Source: Barthelona sp. PAP020 (lineage: Eukaryota). Taken from it: DNA of 37,701 nucleotides. The notes below the pieces were generated by a model. The model did no database searches. It saw only the letters and a program-made list of their open reading frames with translations, and was not told the DNA's origin. Positions 28,161-37,701 of this stretch are shown one piece after another; position 1 is the first letter of the stretch; every line of letters starts with the position of its first letter. The position numbers were made by a program, and so were the translations under genes. Location: NCBI GenBank assembly GCA_040182905.1, contig JARQWU010000074.1, forward strand, positions 1 through 37,701, in the 5' to 3' direction.

Positions 28161-29840
28161 ATGATTCCAAAATTTCATGGAAATTATGGAACATTTCCTG
28201 ATTTAGATGATGAAGCTGAAAAAGAATTAAATTTTCATGCATCCACTTCGAGTATTCAAAAGAACGACACTGAAAACAATTTTTCAACAGAATACACAAC
28301 TAATTTTGATGGATTTCCATCTGATTTTGTCAATGCAATGACCAAAACTACGAACAAACAGATTGATAAACCATTTGTTTCTTTATCGAGTGGTTTAATT
28401 TTGGAAGAAGTTCCACCTTTTGATGATACCCTTCAAATTAAACGTAACAGAATGAAAGACGAACAAGAAACTACAGTATTTTACCCAAAAAATATTATTC
28501 CCTCACCATTAGTTTCTTGGGGAAATGCTGATGATAATATTGAAGAAGAAAAAGAAAATTTTTTAGTGTATAATAAACCATCAAAAGATGATGAAGTAAT
28601 TGAAAAAGAAACGTTTACAGAAATGAATGGTTCAATTCTCAATGATAATAATTTATTGGACAAAATTGATTTCTTGCAACATGAATTAAAAGATCGAACA
28701 ACATATTATGAAGAAAAAATTCAGAAACTAAAAAAAAAACTAAAAAAAAGTGATGAACAGAATGAACTTCTCAATATTAATTCTAGGACAGGTGATATTG
28801 AATTTTCTCGAGTCTTTCAGCTATATTTTGAAAAAAAAATTTCTCTCTTTGATCAAATACCAGTAAATAGATATAAGGACATGTTACTCTTTGTTCAATC
28901 ATTAGGTATATCAGATTATGTGTTTAAAGCTATTGATTATGTGAAATCTAAAATGAATTATGCTTGTTTTTGTCGTTTTATTGACGATCATGAGTTATCT
29001 ATTGTAAAGAAGGTTTATATAGGAAGTTTAAAAGATAATAACGATCAGTTGATGTATTCAAAAGCTATTGGAAATGTTTATATCCAAGCAGAAGCAACAT
29101 TTAAAAAAGCTTTTGAAGTTGTTGATTTCCAAACTCGAGTAGATTTGTTAGAAAGAGCTGGATTTCTTTTAAAAGGTTTTGAGGACATAGAACATGCTAA
29201 ATTGAGACAAGTTTGCTTTATGGTTTTGGAATTGTTGTATAGAAGTCAAAATATTGAATCATTTGACAAAGAAATTGAAAAAACAGGCACCCAAAAAATC
29301 TATAAAAAGTTTCAAAGATATTGTATCTTGGATTGTACAGTTGATCAGTTATATGAATATTGTAGTACCTTTCACTTTGGTTTGGATCCAAAAAAACATC
29401 CTTTAAGCAGTCCAGAAGCAATTATTCATGCATTTAATTTCAATTCACACAAAGCAGATTTCTTATTCACAAAAGCTCAATTACAAATTGGTAATATTGG
29501 TGTAGTAGAGAAAGAAATGATTGTTAAAAGATTTTTCTCCTCTGAAGATTGTAAAATTGGTTGGGATGAGTTGGTTTTGTTAATTCATATGTATAGTGAA
29601 AAGATTCTTTGTGCTAAAAAATACATTGAAAAGTTTATTCCCAGAATTGAAAATTGTGATCGACGTTTCTTTGTTGCTTTACATTTAAACATGTTTGACT
29701 TTGCTTTTGATGCTGCGAAGGAAGCTAAAGATCATAATTTATTGATTCATTTGAGATATGCAGTTGATAGATTTCCTAACCGCAAGATACGAAATCAGAT
29801 TCAAAAGGAAATCGATACTTTTTTGAATGAAAAGGGATGA
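28161..29840 (+). CDS. VIPAS39: VIPAS39/SPE-39 (Vps16B)-like protein
   Basis: LLYRSQNIESFD...IYKKFQRYCILD...EYCSTFHF...LSSPEAI parallels the SPE-39 pattern LLERQ..IE..D...IF.K.PR..IL...YSC.YH....SSP. The start could alternatively be 28122. Confidence 0.7.
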   Translation: MIPKFHGNYGTFPDLDDEAEKELNFHASTSSIQKNDTENNFSTEYTTNFDGFPSDFVNAMTKTTNKQIDKPFVSLSSGLILEEVPPFDDTLQIKRNRMKDEQETTVFYPKNIIPSPLVSWGNADDNIEEEKENFLVYNKPSKDDEVIEKETFTEMNGSILNDNNLLDKIDFLQHELKDRTTYYEEKIQKLKKKLKKSDEQNELLNINSRTGDIEFSRVFQLYFEKKISLFDQIPVNRYKDMLLFVQSLGISDYVFKAIDYVKSKMNYACFCRFIDDHELSIVKKVYIGSLKDNNDQLMYSKAIGNVYIQAEATFKKAFEVVDFQTRVDLLERAGFLLKGFEDIEHAKLRQVCFMVLELLYRSQNIESFDKEIEKTGTQKIYKKFQRYCILDCTVDQLYEYCSTFHFGLDPKKHPLSSPEAIIHAFNFNSHKADFLFTKAQLQIGNIGVVEKEMIVKRFFSSEDCKIGWDELVLLIHMYSEKILCAKKYIEKFIPRIENCDRRFFVALHLNMFDFAFDAAKEAKDHNLLIHLRYAVDRFPNRKIRNQIQKEIDTFLNEKG

Positions 29841-30224
29841 ATGTCAAATTAAATAAGTGTTTATGGTTTCATTTGTTTTTATTGGTTTTGACTATTGTAA
29901 CTTAATAATATATTTTTGCATTCAATTGTATATTCAAAGAAATTGATTTTTTGCTCTGTAAATTTTCTTTTTGTTCTTCTTTATCGGATATCAGAATTGT
30001 ATTCCTTCAGTTGTGGTCCGTATCCTCCCCCTCCACACAGCATGCTGTTATCAACTTTTGGATTAATAACAACAAAAATAAAACGTCATCTCTTTATAAA
30101 ACCCAAGTAACGAGTTCAGAAACGAAAAACCCAACAAAAATCAGCTGTCAAATTTTTGGTGCTATAAAGCATACAAGCACACAAATCCAGAGATTATAAC
30201 AACAAAAATTGAAAAAACTAACAA

Positions 30225-33200
30225 TCAAGAGTTTCGCATTGAAAAAGTTATTTTTTCATCAAATTCCTCAACTGTTTTAATAGCTAGTGGAATTAATAAA
30301 GTTCTAGTACAAGTCATTGCAAAAGGATAAGCATGATTGGACAGTTGAATTTTAATTTTGAATGGAGAAATATTGAACACTGCACCACCAACAAATTTAC
30401 AAAATTGCAATAATTTTTCATCATTTTGTTCATCCAACCATTTTCTCAACAATCTATGTTCAGGAATTAATTCAAAATCGTAGGAAGAGATACTTTTCAA
30501 AGGAAAACACGAATCTAATGACAAAAAATATTTAGATATTCCTGCAATGACGTAATTGAACCCAGATTCGAAAGCTCTTAACTCTTTGATAAATTCATTT
30601 TCAATTGCTGAAGATACGATTGAAACTAAATTTTCCCGATCAATTTCACAACCTATAGAAACCTTTATCCCATTAAAAAAAACGATTTCATCAAGATACA
30701 CTTTAAATTCATCATTCTTCTTTATTTTATCAAATAATAATTCGTAATGTGGTAAGATTTCCAGAAGGATATCTATGTCATATTTAATATTCAGCAAATA
30801 ATGAAATATAAACTTGCTTAACCTTATTGAAGGCTTTCTATCATGAATAATTAAATGAGCTAATAACAATGCGTATATAAATACTTGATGTTGATCTTTT
30901 TGATGTGAAAAAAACCAAACAGTTGCATTTTGTGATACAGGTTCAAAACATGTTCTATCTTCAATCAATTCTTCTTCACATTTATTTATTATCGTACAAA
31001 TAGTTCCTCCTATATCATTATCATCCATTTGATGCAGGATTTGACCTGATAATAATTTTTGCCGATTAATAACAATAAGAAATTGTGATAAAATCTGCTC
31101 ACTTAATTGATCAAATATTTTAAAAGTTTTGAAATTGTTAGATGTCATATCAATAATAACTGAAGGAGGATACATTGAAGCTGAACCAAAAAATCGATAA
31201 AACTTTGAATGTTTCCATAACGTAGGTAATAAAGAGACAGATTCTTTCATTGCATTGATGATACCTTGAAAATATTCAAATTTGCTAATGAAAAGCAATT
31301 GATTTGCTATCGTTTCATAATGATGAGATAAAAAGAGGATTAAATCTCGGAATGTTAAGAATTCATCTCTCGAGAATTCATTCAAATTGCTATACTGTGG
31401 TAATTTCAAAGTGTTCCACAGAATTGTACCCATTTCTTCTGGAATATTATCATGAAAATATTTATTCAACACTTTTCGATGAAATCTAGTGAAAATAGGA
31501 ACAGGTGCTGGACCTAACACATTTGAATAAATAATTTTCTCATGTTCATTCATTAACAACTTAAATTCTTCCCGTAATTCATAATCATTCAATTTGTTAT
31601 AAACATTTCGTAACATTTTAAAAGTTTCTTCCCATCCTATCAATTTATTTGAAAAATTCCAATTCTTTTCAACTATTTCAACTATTTCTTCAATAGAAGG
31701 TAACCTTTCTGTTGTTAACAATAAACCAGCAAAACATTTAGCCCAAATTTTTGTTTTCAATACATATTTAAAAAAGTTAATCAAACCCCATGGTTTTATT
31801 ATATTCAACCCATATACAGTGAAAGAACCATAAGCTTCTTCTATATCCATTGTTGAATCAATTTCATATAAATTAACTCCGTTTTTAGACATACAATGAT
31901 AATTAAAACCCAATTTATCAATTTCCTCAACTTCAAAATCATTGAAATTGTTGGAAAACATACGAAAACGAAAACTTTTTTCGAAACTTTGATAAAAATA
32001 AAACTGTGAGTCTTTGCTTCTTATACAAGTCCTACCTGTATCAATAAAATTTAAATCGATATCTTCTTCTTCCAATATTTCTAATTCAAAGCCAGAATCT
32101 TCTTCTACTTCATAATTATTGCTATCTAATGCTGAAGAAAGTTGAAAATCTTCAATAATATGAAATAATTCAGGTTTTAAAGAATATTGACATAATAAGG
32201 GACCGAAACAATATATATAAGTTTCTGGAAATGTTATTTGAATAAATTTATGAGATAATTGTGCCAAAGTCATTTGTATTAAACCAATCATCATTGATTG
32301 CTTTGAAGGTATATTGTTGTTTAAAAATAAAGTCATGTTTGTGTGTATATTCATGAAAGAAAACCATTGAAAATCTTTGACATTATCTGAACAAACAACA
32401 GCAAAGAAAGAATTTTTTGAGTTTTGTGCTTGTTTGAAATTTATGAAGCAATTATCATTTATTTGCTGATTTCTATGAGAACCCAAATACATTGTTCCTA
32501 ATGCTGAAGTTGATGATGATTCATTATTAAAAGAATGATCATCTGTTTCTATCAATTGGTATGTAAAATCGAGTTGATTTGCGAGATTTTCTGCTACATC
32601 ATATAATGCATTAATAAATGAATTATTTATGGTATTAAAAGATGATTTGTTAATGATTTGACTGGATAAAAATGAAAAATAATTAGATTCAATAAATTCT
32701 GCTAGAAATAATGTTCCACAATCCAATCTCAACAAAATCTCATTGATTTGTTCAAAAATGGTTAAAGGTATGGTTGAAAAAATACAAAGATTTAAACAAT
32801 GAAAACTTTTGAATATTTCAAAAAAAACTTCTTCTAAACGGTCATTTTCAATAATAAATGAAGGTTCATTTATCAAATCAAACGTTGACTTGAATTTGAT
32901 ATGTTCAGCAATATCATTGAAATCCACTAACAATTTTTTATTATTACTAAAAATTTCTTTATTTTTTTCATTTTTTTTCAAGACTTTAACAATTTTTGTA
33001 TGTTTAGAAATTTCACATGCAGCAAATACATAAGTAATTTCATCAAATTCTTTTATACATACACTTCCAGGGATATAAAATAATATTCCATTTGAAATAG
33101 GATGACTACACATTATACCTTCAAATAATGTATCATTTTTTCCATAAAATTTGAAAATATCTCCTATAATTGGAGAAGTCATTTCCATTCCTAATATCAA

Positions 33201-35633
33201 TAAATATTCGATTGATTTATCTTTCAAATCAATAAATGAAGCATATTTATCTGTATTTGCTAAAGTTTGTATAAACGTCAATGCTATCTTCAAACCATAT
33301 TCCAATCTATATTGAATTAATCTCATGTCATTGAGATTTTCATCTGAATAATCTGAAACATTTTGAAATCGATTAAAATATAAATCAAGTAAAGAAATGA
33401 TTGTTTCAACTATATCATTAAATTCAAAAGCATTCAAACTCAAACATGAATCATATTGATGTGTTTGATCACAAAACTTTAACAATAAATCTTGTATCCA
33501 TAATTGGACTTCAAATTTAACTTCAGGTAAAGATTTCAACAGAAAACAAATATCTTTGTAATTCTTAATCTTTGTTTCTGATAAAACAACAGATCCAAGA
33601 GCAAGAGGTAAATGCAAATCAAAATCTTGATGTGTCATATTTCCAAAGCTAAAAAAATCTTTGTTATAAACTGATTTTAAACACATGTATAAAGATAAAG
33701 CATGCATATCCTCTTTTGCTAGCGTATCATCAAAAAAATCAAAAGATAATCCAGAAAAAAAACATAACAAAATATCTGTAATTGAACATACTTTTGTTTT
33801 TGATATCAAAGAACTTGAGGAAATAAAAGTAGAATTATAGGAAAAAGATCCAAAATTGATATCAATCAATTTCTTTCCATTAGCTCGATGAAAAATAGAA
33901 TCAATTCCCATATTTAAACAATAATCTTCTTTACAAACATTTCCATTGACAAATCCAATCAACAACTCTTTATTGAATGAATCATTTTCCAAAGAATTTC
34001 TCAATAATAAAGAGAGATTTCTTACCTCATCAATCTTCTCATGATCAAAAGTCAATAATAAGTCAGTGATACTGTTCCACTTCGAAACTTCTTCTAATTG
34101 CTCAAACGTTAGAAAGGGATCTGATACTTTAATCTGAAAATCTGAAAAATTCTTCCAAATAGGAGATTTATCCTTAAGAAATTCAATCAAACTATCGATC
34201 TTCGGATAAACAAGTAAACGGTTCAAATTTCTTTCGAAATATCCTTCACAAAATGAATCATGCAAATACATATCATCAGAAACAAGATGATATTTCAACA
34301 ACCTTTTAGCTTCATCATTCTCATTTTCAATATTCCAATCACTACCACAATCTGTTTCAATCTTCTTCAAACAACCAAAAAACTTTAATGAGTCATTCAT
34401 TTTACTTTTATTGAATTCTCCTAATATATATCCTACCATGAACTTATAATACAAATTAAACGAAACTTCAGAAATATTTCCAAAGCTTTGAACCGAAAAA
34501 TTTGTTGATTTCTCATTCACGTTTAGCATTGCAAAACGAAATTCATCACATGATTCACACTTAATTATTTCTGATTGATCTTTTTCAAGTGAAGTTAGAC
34601 AAATGATCGGTTTATCATTTTTAAAAGTTGATATAATATCATATGGAGATTGAGACGGTTCATTACACGTAATCTTTAATTTATTTCCACCAGGAATGCA
34701 GAAAACTACATTAGAATCCATTTCTAGATGTGTACCTGTAATAAAACCATTAATTTTTGCATTTTTATATTCATTTAAAATTGATATATCAGACAATTTT
34801 GATTCAATTTTTATCAATTCCTTAACAATTGATAAAGGAAACATAACATCTTTTGAATGAGAAAAGGAGAATCTGTACAAATCGAAAAATTTCAGTAAAA
34901 TCATCTCATCATGCGTATCTAGGCTTAATTGTGCTAGAATATAATCAACACACATAAATAAAAGCTCAATATCTGGTGAATACAACAAATAATAATAGAT
35001 AACATTTGAAAAGTTTGAAATATTCGAAACATTTATATATTCAATAAATTTTTCATGATTGAACCGTAAATGCCTAAAAAAATCTTGTAAAAATACAGGT
35101 ACACAATTCCTATCAAGCAACTTATTTATCTCGACTAAAATATCAATATCTCCAAATTCAATATAGTTAAACTGCTTTTTAAGCAAATTAAACAAAATTA
35201 AATAGGTATTGACCTTATGACTATCAAGAGAATCAAGATCTATCAAATAATCACTTAAATCATTGAAATTCTCTCCTTTTTCATGCATTTCAAAGCACTT
35301 TTTCACTATATCAAATCTTTCTAAATCAATATCTCTGTCTAAACTTTCATAAATAAAAATTCGTGCAAAATTATCACAAATATATTTAACACTTTGATCA
35401 AAACAATTTAGATATAACCAAAATGAATTAACTGTATCTTCATCAAACAAATTATACATACAATCTTGAAAAACTTTCTGAAAAACAACATCTTGTATAG
35501 ATATCTTCTCATTGCATGCAATATTTAAATATCCAGTTGCATTAAAATACTTTTGAATCCGCGAATTATTCAAATCAGGTGAATATTCATAAATATTCTC
35601 AATATCAAACAAATATCCGTAAATCCAATTCAT
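30225..35633 (-). CDS. Large divergent HECT-type E3 ubiquitin ligase
   Basis: The C-terminus (ELRAFESGFNYVI, LRKWLDE...LLQFCKFVGG, YPFAMTCTRTLLIP) matches the HECT C-lobe with its catalytic Cys (about 30309-30311). Confidence 0.75.
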   Translation of the reverse strand: MNWIYGYLFDIENIYEYSPDLNNSRIQKYFNATGYLNIACNEKISIQDVVFQKVFQDCMYNLFDEDTVNSFWLYLNCFDQSVKYICDNFARIFIYESLDRDIDLERFDIVKKCFEMHEKGENFNDLSDYLIDLDSLDSHKVNTYLILFNLLKKQFNYIEFGDIDILVEINKLLDRNCVPVFLQDFFRHLRFNHEKFIEYINVSNISNFSNVIYYYLLYSPDIELLFMCVDYILAQLSLDTHDEMILLKFFDLYRFSFSHSKDVMFPLSIVKELIKIESKLSDISILNEYKNAKINGFITGTHLEMDSNVVFCIPGGNKLKITCNEPSQSPYDIISTFKNDKPIICLTSLEKDQSEIIKCESCDEFRFAMLNVNEKSTNFSVQSFGNISEVSFNLYYKFMVGYILGEFNKSKMNDSLKFFGCLKKIETDCGSDWNIENENDEAKRLLKYHLVSDDMYLHDSFCEGYFERNLNRLLVYPKIDSLIEFLKDKSPIWKNFSDFQIKVSDPFLTFEQLEEVSKWNSITDLLLTFDHEKIDEVRNLSLLLRNSLENDSFNKELLIGFVNGNVCKEDYCLNMGIDSIFHRANGKKLIDINFGSFSYNSTFISSSSLISKTKVCSITDILLCFFSGLSFDFFDDTLAKEDMHALSLYMCLKSVYNKDFFSFGNMTHQDFDLHLPLALGSVVLSETKIKNYKDICFLLKSLPEVKFEVQLWIQDLLLKFCDQTHQYDSCLSLNAFEFNDIVETIISLLDLYFNRFQNVSDYSDENLNDMRLIQYRLEYGLKIALTFIQTLANTDKYASFIDLKDKSIEYLLILGMEMTSPIIGDIFKFYGKNDTLFEGIMCSHPISNGILFYIPGSVCIKEFDEITYVFAACEISKHTKIVKVLKKNEKNKEIFSNNKKLLVDFNDIAEHIKFKSTFDLINEPSFIIENDRLEEVFFEIFKSFHCLNLCIFSTIPLTIFEQINEILLRLDCGTLFLAEFIESNYFSFLSSQIINKSSFNTINNSFINALYDVAENLANQLDFTYQLIETDDHSFNNESSSTSALGTMYLGSHRNQQINDNCFINFKQAQNSKNSFFAVVCSDNVKDFQWFSFMNIHTNMTLFLNNNIPSKQSMMIGLIQMTLAQLSHKFIQITFPETYIYCFGPLLCQYSLKPELFHIIEDFQLSSALDSNNYEVEEDSGFELEILEEEDIDLNFIDTGRTCIRSKDSQFYFYQSFEKSFRFRMFSNNFNDFEVEEIDKLGFNYHCMSKNGVNLYEIDSTMDIEEAYGSFTVYGLNIIKPWGLINFFKYVLKTKIWAKCFAGLLLTTERLPSIEEIVEIVEKNWNFSNKLIGWEETFKMLRNVYNKLNDYELREEFKLLMNEHEKIIYSNVLGPAPVPIFTRFHRKVLNKYFHDNIPEEMGTILWNTLKLPQYSNLNEFSRDEFLTFRDLILFLSHHYETIANQLLFISKFEYFQGIINAMKESVSLLPTLWKHSKFYRFFGSASMYPPSVIIDMTSNNFKTFKIFDQLSEQILSQFLIVINRQKLLSGQILHQMDDNDIGGTICTIINKCEEELIEDRTCFEPVSQNATVWFFSHQKDQHQVFIYALLLAHLIIHDRKPSIRLSKFIFHYLLNIKYDIDILLEILPHYELLFDKIKKNDEFKVYLDEIVFFNGIKVSIGCEIDRENLVSIVSSAIENEFIKELRAFESGFNYVIAGISKYFLSLDSCFPLKSISSYDFELIPEHRLLRKWLDEQNDEKLLQFCKFVGGAVFNISPFKIKIQLSNHAYPFAMTCTRTLLIPLAIKTVEEFDEKITFSMRNS

Positions 35634-35989
35634 TGATAGTGTAAATAATAACTAAAATATATATTAATTCAAAAATTGGCAATATATTAAGTTCTATTAG
35701 AATTATAATCAATTATTCAAACAAATTATTCAGAACAACAGGATTTTCTTTTCAATAATATTTGACATATTTATTAATTATCACACTTTAGCATATAATT
35801 TTAATAAAATTTTTGGATAACAAACAGTTTAAATTGAGAAAAACCATTTTCAACCAATATTTCACCTCTTTAATCAAGAAGTTAATCTGTTGACAAATCT
35901 TTCAAAATATCCATAATAATGAAACAACAATAAATAAAATATCCTCAAATTTTTATTAACATGTGTTAAACACAAATACAATTTCCATC

Positions 35990-37408
35990 TCATCTTTTCT
36001 TTCTATTCTTTCTATTGTTTTTACTGTTAGGGTTTATAATTTTCACACTACCTTTGGCATTTTCAGGCAATGTAGTCTGAGCATCCAAATGAACTCTCAA
36101 ATCATTAACTTCCTGCATAGTCTCACCTAATTCAATTTCCAATTGATTTATTCTTTGTAAAAGAAGTGTATTTTCAGTTTTCATCGTGTTGACATTTTCA
36201 TGACCATGAGAAGAACGTTTGGCTAATTCTTCCTTCAAATCCTTGTTATTCTTCATTAACATTTGGTTTAAACTCTTCAATTTGTCAATATTTTGGTTCA
36301 ATTGTTTTCTTTCGTAATTAAACTGCTCTTTGGTGCTCTTCAATTCCTCTTCCATTTCAAAATAGAGATCATCAATGACTTTACTCACACGAGATTCCAT
36401 CAAAACTTCGGAACGCTTATCCGATGAACAATCCCATTCAACAACTTTACCATCCTCACAATGAAATAAACGATTAGCCCAACGGTCTTCAGCATAGTCC
36501 CAAATCGTACCATCTCCAAGAAAAATAGAGAAAGTATGGCCAGTTTCCTCAAAATGAGTGAGTGCATGTGCTTCTGCCTTTCTGCCACAACCAACATACG
36601 AGCAAATCATACAGCACCATAAATCATCTGTTCTACCACATACAGAACATGAAGGAGTGGGATGTGGCTGAATAAAGTTCCTACAGACAGGACAGGTAAC
36701 AGTTAGATAATCCTTAACGCAATCCAGATGAAACGAATGGTTACAAATCACCTGCAAAACACCTGAAGACTCATAGGACAATCTTTCAAAACAAATTGGA
36801 CAGTGGGGTAATTCAGTCCTATTCATAAAGCGCAGTGTCATATCGTTCTGTGATGGTGATGATTGAGAAGGTAAATCATCCTCATTTTGGGTTATATATA
36901 TGTTTGAAACAAGATGAACTCGAGAAGGTAGAGGCATCAATTCTGAAAACACAATGCCATCATTGGCTTCAACAAACGACTCACATACATTCGAATCTGT
37001 AAAAGAAATAACCAAATGGTAATGTATTGAAGTTCTATCATCACGTAACATCCGAATGGTGCGCAAATGTCTAGTAGTTGATGAATTGACCAATTTCAAC
37101 TTCTTTAAAGCATCTAAAACACGTACATTTGAAGGTATTGACATAACAATAGCTATTTGAGGTGAATAGGCCAATGAAAATACATCTTCTTTAAACAAAC
37201 GTATTTTCCCTTTAATTATAGTGGATTCAACTTCATTTTTATGTGAGTTAGATCCGATCGAACAATCTGTTTCAACACAATTTAAATGTTCAGTGGGAAT
37301 ATCCTCAAAATCATAACTGAAATCATAATTGAAATTATTATCTTCATTATCTACATCATCAATGCTATCATTATCATCTTTTGATTCAATTACTTGAATA
37401 AAAAACAT
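35990..37408 (-). CDS. BRAP: BRAP2/Etp1/BRIZ-like RING and zf-UBP E3 ligase
   Basis: ELPHCPICFERL...CNHSFHLDC...CPVCR (RING), CSVC...LWCCMICSYVGCGR...HALTHFEETGH...IWDYAED (zf-UBP) and a C-terminal coiled coil. Likely ATG at 37408. Confidence 0.92.
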   Translation of the reverse strand: MFFIQVIESKDDNDSIDDVDNEDNNFNYDFSYDFEDIPTEHLNCVETDCSIGSNSHKNEVESTIIKGKIRLFKEDVFSLAYSPQIAIVMSIPSNVRVLDALKKLKLVNSSTTRHLRTIRMLRDDRTSIHYHLVISFTDSNVCESFVEANDGIVFSELMPLPSRVHLVSNIYITQNEDDLPSQSSPSQNDMTLRFMNRTELPHCPICFERLSYESSGVLQVICNHSFHLDCVKDYLTVTCPVCRNFIQPHPTPSCSVCGRTDDLWCCMICSYVGCGRKAEAHALTHFEETGHTFSIFLGDGTIWDYAEDRWANRLFHCEDGKVVEWDCSSDKRSEVLMESRVSKVIDDLYFEMEEELKSTKEQFNYERKQLNQNIDKLKSLNQMLMKNNKDLKEELAKRSSHGHENVNTMKTENTLLLQRINQLEIELGETMQEVNDLRVHLDAQTTLPENAKGSVKIINPNSKNNRKNRKKR

Positions 37409-37561
37409 TACATCGGACAATTACAGTTGAAAAAGAAAAAAATATCAATCATTTCTTTTCCTTCAAGCACTAAATTTTTATAGACCCAAATGAAACAATT
37501 GAAATTTTCATCTTACAAACAATAAACAATGATAAAAATAATTTACAACTTACATGAACGC

Positions 37562-37701
37562 TCAAATAGTAAATTGATAGACAACACTTTGTTTACTCTC
37601 AACAACAAAATAATTTCCATTACGATAATGAACATCGGTAATATGGTGTACCTTTTCATGAGTAGGTGGAATATCAATAGATCTAGAAAGTGTTCCATCC
37701 T
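37562..37701 (-). CDS. C-terminal fragment of a gene extending beyond the window (beta-propeller-like)
   Basis: Open minus-strand frame DGTLSRSIDIPPTHEKVHHITDVHYRNGNYFVVESKQSVVYQFTI*, followed by two TGTAA motifs as seen behind other genes. Confidence 0.65.
   Translation of the reverse strand, partial: DGTLSRSIDIPPTHEKVHHITDVHYRNGNYFVVESKQSVVYQFTI

Noticed and set aside
35640..35985. Minus-strand TAACTTCTTGA and TTGCCAATTTTTG echoes of the element behind BRAP2
   Set aside because: Too AT-rich and too few ordered landmarks to call by eye; worth including in a covariance search only.
1..37701. Alternative genetic code, CRISPR arrays, tRNA/rRNA genes, transposase or reverse transcriptase ORFs
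   Set aside because: TAA, TAG and TGA all end conserved proteins at sensible positions, and I saw no repeat-spacer arrays, cloverleafs, rRNA or mobile-element enzyme motifs.

Overview
AT-rich, gene-dense nuclear DNA from a flagellated microbial eukaryote. It uses the standard genetic code and has very few, tiny 5'-proximal spliceosomal introns; a metamonad-like anaerobic protist is a guess, not an identification. The window holds about 22 protein genes: a partial WD40 protein, Rae1, a degenerate RAD51D-like paralog, WDR34-like dynein-2 intermediate chain, an RRM protein, a secreted poly-serine protein, a branched-chain aminotransferase, Maf, CEP131, a membrane-anchored papain-family protease, an FG-less Nup58-like protein, a 1050-aa possible CC2D1-like protein, Ubc7, a WBP2-like protein, a hypothetical protein, a C-terminally short Vps41, bystin, an MBOAT, VIPAS39/SPE-39, a HECT E3, BRAP2 and a partial gene at the right edge. 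The most striking unexplained signal is a dispersed, non-coding family of about 390 nt. It has three clear copies (14678-15072 +, 20331-20583 +, 26161-26579 -) and at least two more diverged candidates (about 1250-1630 and 3620-4120). Each copy sits just behind a gene's stop codon in that gene's orientation, and base-paired helices are kept through compensatory and G-U changes. This is a candidate new structured RNA or RNA-based mobile element family. All family assignments come from motif recognition by eye; no database searches were run.
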